Part shown: positions 29,036-37,402 of the stretch, piece by piece
Layout: the number at the start of each line of letters is the position of its first letter
Position numbering within the stretch: position 1 is the first letter of the stretch
Source of the DNA: a virus
Virus record (IMG/VR): IMGVR_UViG_3300032286_001304
Coordinates: 33,941 to 97,940 of that record
Length of the DNA stretch: 64,000 nucleotides
Direction: 5' to 3' (one strand)
The notes under the pieces: generated by a model
Told to the model about the DNA's origin: nothing
The model's input: the letters and a program-made list of their open reading frames with translations, nothing else
Databases searched by the model: none
Position numbers and translations under genes: made by a program

Positions 29036-29290
29036 TCAAGTTAATTCCTGTTTATCCACCCATTCTTTTAAGCACTTTAATCCACAGAAATCCCATGCGT
29101 TAGGGCGTTGTAATTCCGCAAACCAAGTTCCCCTCGGAGTTCTTGTTAAATGATACCAGCCACCTTTAAAACTGCCGCCAATTAAGGTTTCGGCATGATC
29201 GCAAGTTTCTTTACCGCAATTATCACAGTTTAAAGTTGTTATTTGAACGAAAGTTTCGACTGTCTTTTTTAAGGTATTAACGTGTTTCAT
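29036..29290 (-). CDS. Small zinc-finger-like protein
   Basis: CDNCG ... DFCGLKC. Confidence 0.6.
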   Translation of the reverse strand: MKHVNTLKKTVETFVQITTLNCDNCGKETCDHAETLIGGSFKGGWYHLTRTPRGTWFAELQRPNAWDFCGLKCLKEWVDKQELT

Positions 29291-30216
29291 ACTTTTAATT
29301 CAAATGTTCCATTTCCAATAAATTTCGTTAAGCTATCATATCCCGAATAAGAGACGGCGCTTGATATACCTCCCCATAAATCATTCACCAACTCCTCAAG
29401 GGAAAAAATTTCTTGCTCTACGGATAAAACTTTGCCCTCGGAATGTCTTTTAACTTCCCCCTTCTGTTTTATTTGTTGATACTTGCTGGCCCCACCCCAA
29501 AACTTAAATTCTCCATCAATTATATTTTGAGCCTCTTTTGCATTCTTCCAATAGCCTCCTAACATCACGTAATCGGCCCCAGCCCCAAAAGCCTTGGCCG
29601 CATCTCCGGGAGAACGAACGCCGCCATCAGCACAAATTATCTGATCATCGGCATATCGCCCCTCTCGACACTCAATAATCTCGGTTATTTGCCCACGGTT
29701 TACGCCAGTCATTTTAGAGGTATCGCACCCGCTGCCAGAAGCTATGCCTATGCGGCAAAATACATCCCGATAAAGATTTAATCCTTTGGAAGTATGAATG
29801 TTACCTACCATTACGATATAACCTTTATGTAAAAGTTCATTTGTGAATCGAACCACATTATCTAAGTATCCGTTCGCAACATCAACTAAAACATGATTGT
29901 GTTGAAGTTTTTTAACTCTATCCCAGTCATTTAACCCAACGGAAACCCAGCATCTATCAACACGACTATATCGAGAGCGAATTTCATTAAGAATATCCAA
30001 TTGTGATTCTACCGTATCAAATCTATGAAGACAAATAGTTAATCCAAGTCGATAAGCTTCTAATGCAAATGTTTTGCCAATAATGGCTGACATTGGAGAA
30101 ATTATAAAACGATTTAGCTCTCGCGGAACATCTTCGCGAGATTTTACTGTATATTGCGGTTGAGCAATAAGGTTTACGTCGTCATAATAAATTGATTTTG
30201 AATTTAATATTTTCAT
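29287..30216 (-). CDS. GMP reductase / IMPDH-family protein
   Basis: YDDV, SPM, VDVANGY, GIASGSGC.T, ADGG...GD.AKAFGAGADYVMLG, SEGK; start placed at ATG 30216. Confidence 0.85.
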   Translation of the reverse strand: MKILNSKSIYYDDVNLIAQPQYTVKSREDVPRELNRFIISPMSAIIGKTFALEAYRLGLTICLHRFDTVESQLDILNEIRSRYSRVDRCWVSVGLNDWDRVKKLQHNHVLVDVANGYLDNVVRFTNELLHKGYIVMVGNIHTSKGLNLYRDVFCRIGIASGSGCDTSKMTGVNRGQITEIIECREGRYADDQIICADGGVRSPGDAAKAFGAGADYVMLGGYWKNAKEAQNIIDGEFKFWGGASKYQQIKQKGEVKRHSEGKVLSVEQEIFSLEELVNDLWGGISSAVSYSGYDSLTKFIGNGTFELKV

Positions 30217-30249
30217 GTATAAATAGCCTGATTTTCCGTGCAATAGAGA

Positions 30250-30564
30250 TTAAGTATGAATAAAAAATATATTAATATAGATAGAATTGTTAATTTGGTC
30301 ACTGACTTGGTTCCTGACTTGGAACTGGACTTTATCCCAGACTTGTTTCCAGACTTGCTCACTGACTTGGCTATGGACTTTATCCCAGACTTGGTCCCTG
30401 ACTTGGATCCAGACTTGGTCCACGACTTTATCCCAGACTTGGTCACGGACTTGATTCCTGACTTGGTCATGGACTTGGATCCTGACTTGGTCCCTGATTT
30501 GGTTCCAGACTTGGTCACTGACTTGGTCACTGACTTGGAGCTCGACTTTATTTTGTAAGTTCAT
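30250..30564 (-). CDS. xxQV-repeat mini-protein 6 (104 aa)
   Basis: MNLQNKVELQVSDQV...; 21 tetrapeptide units; ATG at 30564. Confidence 0.65.
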   Translation of the reverse strand: MNLQNKVELQVSDQVSDQVWNQIRDQVRIQVHDQVRNQVRDQVWDKVVDQVWIQVRDQVWDKVHSQVSEQVWKQVWDKVQFQVRNQVSDQINNSIYINIFFIHT

Positions 30565-30757
30565 TTTGAATTGGAATCCCGACTTGGTCATAGACTTGGT
30601 CCCTGACTTGGTTATAGACTTGGTTCCTGACTTGGACCCTGACTTGGTTATAGACTTGGTTCCAGACTTGGTTATCGACTTGGTTCCAAACTTGGTTCCA
30701 GACTTGGATCTTGACTTGGTCCCTGACGTGTTTCCTGACTTTATTTTCTAAGTTCAT
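30548..30757 (-). CDS. xxQV-repeat mini-protein 5 (69 aa)
   Basis: MNLENKVRKHVRDQV...IQNELTK; ATG at 30757. Confidence 0.65.
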   Translation of the reverse strand: MNLENKVRKHVRDQVKIQVWNQVWNQVDNQVWNQVYNQVRVQVRNQVYNQVRDQVYDQVGIPIQNELTK

Positions 30758-30848
30758 TGCGGATTTGGTTCCTGACTTGGTCCCTGACTTGCTCATTGAC
30801 TTGGAACATGACTTGGCCTTGGTCGCGTACTTTATTTTTCAAGTTCAT
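30741..30848 (-). CDS. xxQV-repeat mini-protein 4 (35 aa)
   Basis: Hand translation MNLKNKVRDQGQVMFQVNEQVRDQVRNQIRNELRK; not in ORF track. Confidence 0.6.
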   Translation of the reverse strand: MNLKNKVRDQGQVMFQVNEQVRDQVRNQIRNELRK

Positions 30849-31053
30849 TGTGGATTTTATCCCAGACTTGGTTCCTGACTTGGTCCCAAACTTGGTTCCT
30901 GACTTGGCTCAAGACTTGGTCATAGACTTGTTTCCGGACTTGGTCCCTGACTTGGTCATGGACTTGGTCATGGACTTGGTCATGGACTTGGTCATGGACT
31001 TGGTCATGGACTTGGTCATGGACTTGGAGCTCGACTTTATTTCGTAAGTTCAT
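30832..31053 (-). CDS. xxQV-repeat mini-protein 3 (73 aa)
   Basis: MNLRNKVELQV(HDQV)x6...IHNELEK; ATG at 31053. Confidence 0.65.
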   Translation of the reverse strand: MNLRNKVELQVHDQVHDQVHDQVHDQVHDQVHDQVRDQVRKQVYDQVLSQVRNQVWDQVRNQVWDKIHNELEK

Positions 31054-31186
31054 TGCGGATAGGATTCCTGACTTGGTTATAGACTTGGTTCCTGACTTGG
31101 TTCCAGACTTGGTTATCGACTTGGTTCCAGACTTGGATACAGACTTGGTCATAGACTTGGTTCAAGACTTTATTTCGTAAGTTCAT
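31037..31186 (-). CDS. xxQV-repeat mini-protein 2 (49 aa)
   Basis: MNLRNKVLNQVYDQV...PIRNELTK; ATG at 31186. Confidence 0.65.
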   Translation of the reverse strand: MNLRNKVLNQVYDQVCIQVWNQVDNQVWNQVRNQVYNQVRNPIRNELTK

Positions 31187-31361
31187 TGCGGATAGGATTC
31201 CTGATTTGGCTATGGACTTGTTTCCAGACTTGGTTCCTGACTTGGCTCCAGACTTGGCTCCAGACTTGGTTACTGACTTGGCTATGGACTTGTTTCCAGA
31301 CTTGGATACTGACTTGGTCACTGACTTGGAGCTCGACTTTATTTTGAAAAATGTTCTTCAT
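31170..31361 (-). CDS. xxQV-repeat mini-protein 1 (63 aa)
   Basis: MKNIFQNKVELQVSDQV...PIRNELTK. Confidence 0.65.
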   Translation of the reverse strand: MKNIFQNKVELQVSDQVSIQVWKQVHSQVSNQVWSQVWSQVRNQVWKQVHSQIRNPIRNELTK

Positions 31362-31363
31362 AT

Positions 31364-31390
31364 AAAAAGGGAGACCGATAATGGTCTCCC
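31364..31390 (-). terminator. Rho-independent terminator after the DUF6745-like gene
   Basis: Minus strand GGGAGACC-ATTATC-GGTCTCCC-TTTTT (perfect 8-bp stem). Confidence 0.8.
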
Positions 31391-31396
31391 CTTGAG

Positions 31397-32293
31397 TTAA
31401 GCAATGGCTACAATTTTCATTTCCTTACCACCAAATCGCTCCTTAATTGCATCCTTCAGAGTTCGGCAAGTGGGAGATACAGCCTCAACGTGCCAGATAC
31501 CAGTGGTCTGATTCTTCATCTTGAGATAAGGCTGATATTCGAGACCTTCAAAGAGCACCGCCATATCCCAGAGTTCATATTCCGACTTCCACCACCAAGG
31601 CTGTTCTTCTTGGTCATAGTTCTCGTAGGAATCAATCTTCTTGCCGAGGTCGAGCATTCGTTCTACGCCATATTTGCGAACGAACTCAGCCTTTACGTCC
31701 GCATTGGTTTCCTTCTTGAAGAAGTCCATTGAAAGTTCCTCAGCAGGAGTCATCACCAGATATTCTGGAACAGTGACTCCGTTCAGCGAATAGAATCCCC
31801 AGCCTTCATATTCGAGAGCCATACCATTCTCGCAATGAAGACGACCACGAGCATCAGTGATAATCTTTTTTGGTTTCTTGGTCACAACACAAATATCGTC
31901 AAGGGGATAAATCAATCCCAGTTTTGCCGTATCAGACCAAGCCTTAAACTTTTCCTGAAGCTCAGGATTCACTTTTACAATTCCCTCAGTGAAGAAGAAA
32001 TCATAGAACGCAAAGATATGAGCCGAGAATGAACCATCCTGATAAGGAAATACAAACGATTCATCAGAATTAGTATGTTTCTGTATGAAAGCCCAAGCCT
32101 CTTTTGGATTATCCTTAACCACGACCGGAGTAGGATTGACCTTCAGAATAAGTTTCTGATAGTTGTGAATGATCTCAGTGGTCTCGGCAAGACCCAACGA
32201 TACCGTATCCTTACCAATTGCAACCCACTTGGCGGTATAATCCGCCATGCGAGCTTCCTGTTCGGGAGTCAGTTTTTCAAGCTTGTTTGACAT
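31397..32293 (-). CDS. DUF6745-like protein
   Basis: N-terminal KLTPEQEA.M..Y..KW..IG, AFYDFF, and GRLHCENGMALEYEGWGFY.LNGV.VP, E.NA.V, YELW, M...TTG..H...V.P motifs (family recognised from memory). Confidence 0.7.
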   Translation of the reverse strand: MSNKLEKLTPEQEARMADYTAKWVAIGKDTVSLGLAETTEIIHNYQKLILKVNPTPVVVKDNPKEAWAFIQKHTNSDESFVFPYQDGSFSAHIFAFYDFFFTEGIVKVNPELQEKFKAWSDTAKLGLIYPLDDICVVTKKPKKIITDARGRLHCENGMALEYEGWGFYSLNGVTVPEYLVMTPAEELSMDFFKKETNADVKAEFVRKYGVERMLDLGKKIDSYENYDQEEQPWWWKSEYELWDMAVLFEGLEYQPYLKMKNQTTGIWHVEAVSPTCRTLKDAIKERFGGKEMKIVAIA

Positions 32294-32311
32294 AATAAAA
32301 GAAGTTAAAGG

Positions 32312-32644
32312 TTAGTCACGAACTTTATTCATACGAGCAGTAAAGGGGTCATACTCCTGCTGGAATCCAAATTCATAAGTGCCAGGAGGAAGAACGATGG
32401 CATCATGCCGTTCGGTCAGGACACAGCGAATTTGAGTCTCAACAGTAGACTCCATGTATTTGGTTTCGCCGTCCTGATAGAAATCCACACCATCAAGAAC
32501 ATCAACAACGTGATGATTGCCGGTAGTTTCCGAATCAGCAACGATGACATGAGTGCCTACATTGGTGAGTTTCTTGGCAGACTTTGGAAGAGCAGAGAGA
32601 AACACGGTGCATTCGCCGTGGAGAATTACTTCATTAGTTTTCAT
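32312..32644 (-). CDS. Small His-rich beta protein, habitual partner of DUF6745 genes
   Basis: HGE, ADSETTGNHH, H..I.LPPG.Y....Q.EYDP......V.D. Confidence 0.65.
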   Translation of the reverse strand: MKTNEVILHGECTVFLSALPKSAKKLTNVGTHVIVADSETTGNHHVVDVLDGVDFYQDGETKYMESTVETQIRCVLTERHDAIVLPPGTYEFGFQQEYDPFTARMNKVRD

Positions 32645-32692
32645 TTTTTTTATTTTACTGAATCTTTAATAAGCTGATTATTGCTAATCATA

Positions 32693-32983
32693 TTAGTAAT
32701 CAAATACAAATCCATCTGGAAAGTCAAGCTGATCTTTTAATTTTTCCTTAAAAAGTGCATCATCTGGAAATCCATCATAATCATCGCCAATTTTTTCAGA
32801 GTAAACATAGGAAGATGGGATATATTCATCCTTTTGAACAAACCCCCATTTTAAATTTCCCCATCTGTAACGCAAATAAATCTCATTACCGCATTCCGTC
32901 AAAGCAGACAATTGATATGGAGCCGCCCCGCCTGATTCTGTAATTTCTTTAATTTTTACCTTGTCCATTAGACTAATGAACAT
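32693..32983 (-). CDS. Hypothetical protein
   Basis: 96 aa ORF with AP.Q......G..IYLRYRWG.L motif. Confidence 0.55.
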   Translation of the reverse strand: MFISLMDKVKIKEITESGGAAPYQLSALTECGNEIYLRYRWGNLKWGFVQKDEYIPSSYVYSEKIGDDYDGFPDDALFKEKLKDQLDFPDGFVFDY

Positions 32984-33004
32984 ATATTATTAGCAAAAGT
33001 CAAC

Positions 33005-33033
33005 AAAAAACCCGTAACTTTTCTGGTTACGGG
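33005..33033 (-). terminator. Rho-independent terminator
   Basis: CCCGTAAC...GTTACGGG stem with T6 on minus strand, followed directly by TTGACT. Confidence 0.75.
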
Positions 33034-33060
33034 ATCTACTGCGCATGTAGATTAAATATT

Positions 33061-33498
33061 TTATAAACCAATCATTTTATTGAAAAATGTTGCTAATTCT
33101 GGTGTTTTTACGATTTTTATTAAACCAAAAAATAATACAAATAAAATAATTAAAATATATTTATTTAATAGATATTTTTCTATAAAAAGTTTTGTTGAAA
33201 CAATTTTTTTAATTTCAATATCTGATTCTTTATCTGCTTCATTTTTACTTTCTAGTGCATGAATTTGTAGAATTGCATTGCCAATTTTTCCATTTGTATA
33301 TTTTAATTTATCATCAAGTTCAGAAACTTTACCATCTACAATTTCAAGCTTATTAGATTGTTTAATAGTCTGATCAACAAGCCATTCTTGCGTTTGTCCT
33401 ATGACGCTAAGTTGCTCAATAATATACTTATCTTTCTCAGATACCTTTTCCAAGAGGTATTCTGGAACTTTTGATTCAAAAGATGGGCGCGTTAGCAT
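33061..33498 (-). CDS. Coiled-coil protein with C-terminal transmembrane helix (possibly lysis related)
   Basis: YILIILFVLFFGLI segment; preceded by GTGTA-N9-ATG. Confidence 0.5.
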   Translation of the reverse strand: MLTRPSFESKVPEYLLEKVSEKDKYIIEQLSVIGQTQEWLVDQTIKQSNKLEIVDGKVSELDDKLKYTNGKIGNAILQIHALESKNEADKESDIEIKKIVSTKLFIEKYLLNKYILIILFVLFFGLIKIVKTPELATFFNKMIGL

Positions 33499-33587
33499 AT
33501 GGATAAATACACAGAATTATATCAATAATAATAGTTTTTTTTAAAAAAATAAACTATTGATTACTAATTATTAGTAAGAAATTTAAT

Positions 33588-33794
33588 CTAATTTACATTA
33601 GATGCTTTATTTTCTGTATAACTATCGCCAACTGCTTCAAAAATCAAATTTTTAATAAAATCTCCTATCTTGTTATTATTAGGCATTTTATCATTTGTTA
33701 CATTTATGTAATAACGAATAAATTCATTATCTATATTAAATGTGTAGTTAGCTGTTCCATCTTCAAATTCTTTTACTTTTCTTAGTTGTATCAT
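33588..33794 (-). CDS. Hypothetical protein
   Basis: 68 aa ORF. Confidence 0.5.
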   Translation of the reverse strand: MIQLRKVKEFEDGTANYTFNIDNEFIRYYINVTNDKMPNNNKIGDFIKNLIFEAVGDSYTENKASNVN

Positions 33795-33829
33795 AGTGTA
33801 TTATTACATATAAAAATAAACACTATTAG

Positions 33830-34639
33830 TCAAGAAGAAATTTTAATAATAGATGGAATTTTTTGTGAAGTCTTTATATAGTATTCTTTATTAAATTCTA
33901 AGCAATTTTCTGTTTCACTCCATTTAAAACTACATCCGTTTTCACCCCATCTTTTAGTCTGATATATTATCTTGCGCTTACTATTTTCGTTAGATAACCA
34001 TGAATAATGTTTAATATTCACTAATTTAGTAGGAATTGTCTTTGATGGAAGTTCTTTATCTGCGATAGTTATTTCTTTAAAAGAACTTGAATTATTTATG
34101 ATTCCTTTGTAAGAAAAATCATTATCATAGATGCATTCATTAAGTTTATATTCGTTAGTATAAATTTTCCAAATTCTTGGTGGACAAAATTTATCCTCAA
34201 GTATAGTTTTTTTATCAAAGACGTAATTCGTCAATGGAATGCGGAACCAACTACAAAAACGCTCTAATTCAATATATTTTAATATATTACTTATGGATTT
34301 TTCATCATAAATTTCATCTGAATCAACAAGCCACAGATGTGTTATCCCTTGATTTATCAACCATTGAGCAGCAGTATTTCGCGCTTCTTTTTCTGAGACA
34401 TATTCTGGCTGAGTAATTAGATTGTCGATTAATCTACGATTATAATATTCTAATAGAATATCTTGTGTTTTATCTTTAAATTTTTCTTCTTTATACTCTA
34501 AGAATGGAACTGATACGGCGCAAATAAGAAATTCATTTCCATTTAATTTATTGCCTTGTGCATTAATCCAAGGGTAAAGTGAATCATGGATATGTTCCTC
34601 TGTATTGTAGCCGCAGTATATAATGCCGATTTTGCTCAT
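33830..34639 (-). CDS. GT-A fold glycosyltransferase (GT2-like)
   Basis: E..ARN, WLVDSDE (DxD), PPRIW, IKHYSW. Confidence 0.7.
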   Translation of the reverse strand: MSKIGIIYCGYNTEEHIHDSLYPWINAQGNKLNGNEFLICAVSVPFLEYKEEKFKDKTQDILLEYYNRRLIDNLITQPEYVSEKEARNTAAQWLINQGITHLWLVDSDEIYDEKSISNILKYIELERFCSWFRIPLTNYVFDKKTILEDKFCPPRIWKIYTNEYKLNECIYDNDFSYKGIINNSSSFKEITIADKELPSKTIPTKLVNIKHYSWLSNENSKRKIIYQTKRWGENGCSFKWSETENCLEFNKEYYIKTSQKIPSIIKISS

Positions 34640-35010
34640 TTTTTGCCCTCAAATATGTTACCAACAACTTCCATTGTTTCGTGAATAAATACAGAATCAT
34701 TTCTCGCAAACCCAAATGAACGATCAAATGAAAACATTGCCATCTCTTCATCCCAAAACACTTCTCCGATAGTTTCTTCTATATCTTCAGCTGGATTCAT
34801 CCATTTGAATTTAATAATATCGCCTTCATATATTTCATTTCCATTTTTATCTTTTAGACCAGTATATTGCTGAAGGACATATTCTTCGCCACCCGAACCA
34901 TTCTGTAAATTATAAACAGATCCTTTTAAATCTATTGTGATATGATAATTGTAATCATATCTAGCAGCAAGTCTATCCCACGCTCTAAATTTTATTTTTC
35001 TATAATTCAT
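34636..35010 (-). CDS. YopX family protein
   Basis: [32 protein letters not shown]. Confidence 0.9.
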   Translation of the reverse strand: MNYRKIKFRAWDRLAARYDYNYHITIDLKGSVYNLQNGSGGEEYVLQQYTGLKDKNGNEIYEGDIIKFKWMNPAEDIEETIGEVFWDEEMAMFSFDRSFGFARNDSVFIHETMEVVGNIFEGKK

Positions 35011-35027
35011 AAGATGAATAAATCAAG

Positions 35028-35777
35028 TTATTTAAAAAAAGTCAAATCATTTATTGGATTTATGTTAGAAAAATTTATGTATTTTGCGCGACATTGTTCA
35101 TTTTCCCAGTATTCATCTGTAAAATGATATTTCCAAGATGGATAATATAAATCATCTGAATTAGGATGATAGACTAAAATTTTTCCACCAACTGCTAACA
35201 TCAAATGAGGTGGACCAGATTCACTTCCAATATATTTTCCAATTAATTTATAACAAGCTGCCATATTTCTTATATCTAAATCTAGAATTTTTATGACACC
35301 ATCTATATTGTCAGTATTATGAGATAATCCAAAATTTATAGGAGTATAACCAAAATCAATTAAATGTTTTACAAGTAACTTTATTTGTTCATAATTAAAA
35401 CATCTAAGAGATGAAGCTAGATCGCCTCCTTTATTAGAAGTAGTAAAATTTACAGCGATTGGATTTTGTATTCCTTTTACAATATTTTGTGCAAACTCTA
35501 ATTCTTCATCTTTAATAATAATGTATGGAATTGGTGATTTATTACAATTAAAATATTTTAAATGAGCTGCTGACCGATGAATTCTATCATTTGTTTCTGG
35601 ACAATGATCGTAATCTAAATTACTAAATTCAATATCTCCTAGTCCATCAAAAATTTTTGCGACATTTCTGCATACTTTATCATCAGGCAAAATAATTTTT
35701 TTAGCTATTCCATGTTTAAAAAATGGAGTTAACCAAAGATTATCTCCTAAATTACCAATTTTAGAATTTATTGTCAT
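35028..35777 (-). CDS. GT9 (heptosyltransferase)-like glycosyltransferase
   Basis: LGDNLWLTP and YIGSESGPPHLMLAVG. Confidence 0.7.
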   Translation of the reverse strand: MTINSKIGNLGDNLWLTPFFKHGIAKKIILPDDKVCRNVAKIFDGLGDIEFSNLDYDHCPETNDRIHRSAAHLKYFNCNKSPIPYIIIKDEELEFAQNIVKGIQNPIAVNFTTSNKGGDLASSLRCFNYEQIKLLVKHLIDFGYTPINFGLSHNTDNIDGVIKILDLDIRNMAACYKLIGKYIGSESGPPHLMLAVGGKILVYHPNSDDLYYPSWKYHFTDEYWENEQCRAKYINFSNINPINDLTFFK

Positions 35778-35798
35778 AATGATGTTATTAGTATATTA

Positions 35799-36692
35799 TT
35801 ATGATAATTTTTCTTTAATTTTGTCAATCACTAAATTAATATCTATATTATCATTGCCTCCATGAGAATAGAAAGAATAATTATTTGGATTATTAGTAGA
35901 TAAAGCAGTTGGATTATTATCGTTACCCCAATGAATTGGCGTAAGGGAGATTTGATTTAGTCTGTAAGCACCGCAAACAAGCGACATTCCTGAGTCAGAA
36001 CCAATTATTAAATCACATTCATTTGCAATTTGAATTTGTTCAAAAAATGATTTTTCATTTATTCTTATGTAATTAGTTTTCAGTTTATTCTTAAAAGAAT
36101 CACTTAAATTCCAATTAGAAAACCAAGATTCATCTTGTTCACCGCCACTTTGGATGACGCAATAATCTAAGTTAATTAGTATTTCTATAAGATTTTCTAA
36201 ATACTTTTTAGTTACCCATCTTTTAGATTCTTTACCAAAATTCGGCATTCCAGTAAAAAAAATAGTTTTTCTATCACCAAATAGTTTTTTAACTGGACTC
36301 CACCATTTTACTAATTTTGGTATCTTTTCCTCTTCGGTTAGTAAAGTCCATTGGTCTTCTGAAAAACCTGCCATCAGAAATGATTCAAGATAAATATTTC
36401 TTTGAGATGGATAAATAGAATCAGGATGTTGTGGATTTAAATCTAATCTATGATTACAAGAATTAAATTTATTAAAATCATTTTTAGATTCTAATCCTTC
36501 ATATCCATCTGTAATAAATATTGAATCTAAATCTGGATGATTTAATAAAAGTGGAGCGAATGAAGACGATTTTTTACCAATTGCCCATGTTATATGAGAA
36601 TTAAGATCATATTTTTTTACTAATCTAGCAGTAGGAAGTGCAGCTAGATTGTCTCCAATCATTGAAGCTCGACCCATGAACCATTTATTCAT
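35799..36692 (-). CDS. GT9 (heptosyltransferase)-like glycosyltransferase
   Basis: IGDNLAALP, LLNHPDLD, KRW, IIGSDSGM. Confidence 0.75.
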   Translation of the reverse strand: MNKWFMGRASMIGDNLAALPTARLVKKYDLNSHITWAIGKKSSSFAPLLLNHPDLDSIFITDGYEGLESKNDFNKFNSCNHRLDLNPQHPDSIYPSQRNIYLESFLMAGFSEDQWTLLTEEEKIPKLVKWWSPVKKLFGDRKTIFFTGMPNFGKESKRWVTKKYLENLIEILINLDYCVIQSGGEQDESWFSNWNLSDSFKNKLKTNYIRINEKSFFEQIQIANECDLIIGSDSGMSLVCGAYRLNQISLTPIHWGNDNNPTALSTNNPNNYSFYSHGGNDNIDINLVIDKIKEKLS

Positions 36693-36700
36693 AATAGATT

Positions 36701-37402
36701 TTAACTAAAAAATTTCTCGGAACCTTGAATATTTGGTTCTCCAAGATGAAGAACATTTTTATTAATCCTTCTTAATTTACCAGTATATTCAAAATCTCCA
36801 TTAATACAATCACCCCATAAATTTCTCCAAATCCAATCATGTTCTCCGATTTCATGATTTTCAGAATACCTATTACCAGATTTAACTATAGAACTTTTTG
36901 AATTCCAGATTTGTAAATATCCAAATCCTATTCCTGGATAAGATACAAATTCAGACTCATCTTTTTCCCCACTAAGAACTAATTCAAAATCTTTTTTATT
37001 AGGAATAATTACTCTTCTTGAAGAATAAAAATTTTCAATATCTATAAGTTCTTTTTCTAAGATATTTCTATAATTTTCAGTAAGAGCAATATCACAATCA
37101 ATATGACAAATCCAATCTTGGAATTTAAAATGATCGATACAACTATTTATTGCAGCACCTTTATTAAAATTCTTTCCATTTTTAAAAAAAGAATCAGTTT
37201 CAAAAAAAGTTATATTATTTTCAATACAAAAATCTTTAATATCATAATCTGTATTTTTTGTAATTACAATAAAGTTATTAAAAATTTTTTTTGAGAATAG
37301 ATAAGTTATATTTAACATTCTCAAGGCTGATTTACCAGAACATGTAGTTATAGCATCAATTTTCATATAAAATTTTTTTAAAGGCTGAATAAAAAGTTTC
37401 AA
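36701..37402 (-). CDS. GT-A fold glycosyltransferase
   Basis: FNKGAAIN, HIDCDI, GYLQIW, VLHLG; true start probably second Met. Confidence 0.7.
   Translation of the reverse strand: MKLFIQPLKKFYMKIDAITTCSGKSALRMLNITYLFSKKIFNNFIVITKNTDYDIKDFCIENNITFFETDSFFKNGKNFNKGAAINSCIDHFKFQDWICHIDCDIALTENYRNILEKELIDIENFYSSRRVIIPNKKDFELVLSGEKDESEFVSYPGIGFGYLQIWNSKSSIVKSGNRYSENHEIGEHDWIWRNLWGDCINGDFEYTGKLRRINKNVLHLGEPNIQGSEKFFS

Larger units (their letters stand above)
30290..31345. repeat. Tandem 12-bp repeat array (about 70 units, minus-strand consensus NNNNAC-CAAGTC) punctuated by five ~21-bp junction repeats AATGAACTT....AATAAAGT
   Basis: Plus strand shows GACTTGG every 12 bp; junctions at about 30545-30565, 30738-30758, 30829-30849, 31034-31054, 31167-31187. 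Confidence 0.97.

Noticed and set aside
30213-31321. Minus-strand (TKSG)n ORFs and N-terminal extensions as primary genes
   Set aside because: Starts fall at arbitrary positions inside repeats; the MNLxNKV starts are regular. Kept only as a dual-coding possibility
30290-31345. CRISPR array
   Set aside because: Period is 12 bp; segments between junction repeats vary from about 90 to 210 nt and are themselves repetitive; no cas operon nearby
30290-31345. Diversity-generating retroelement target or template
   Set aside because: No reverse transcriptase in the window, no TR/VR pair, and the adenines of CAA are nearly invariant, unlike adenine-specific mutagenesis
30256-31400. Plus-strand (DLVx)n ORFs such as 30256..30558, 30566..30751, 30757..31047, 31206..31400
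   Set aside because: Antisense shadows of the repeat; they oppose all neighbouring genes and lack the conserved start/stop junction logic of the minus-strand QV frame
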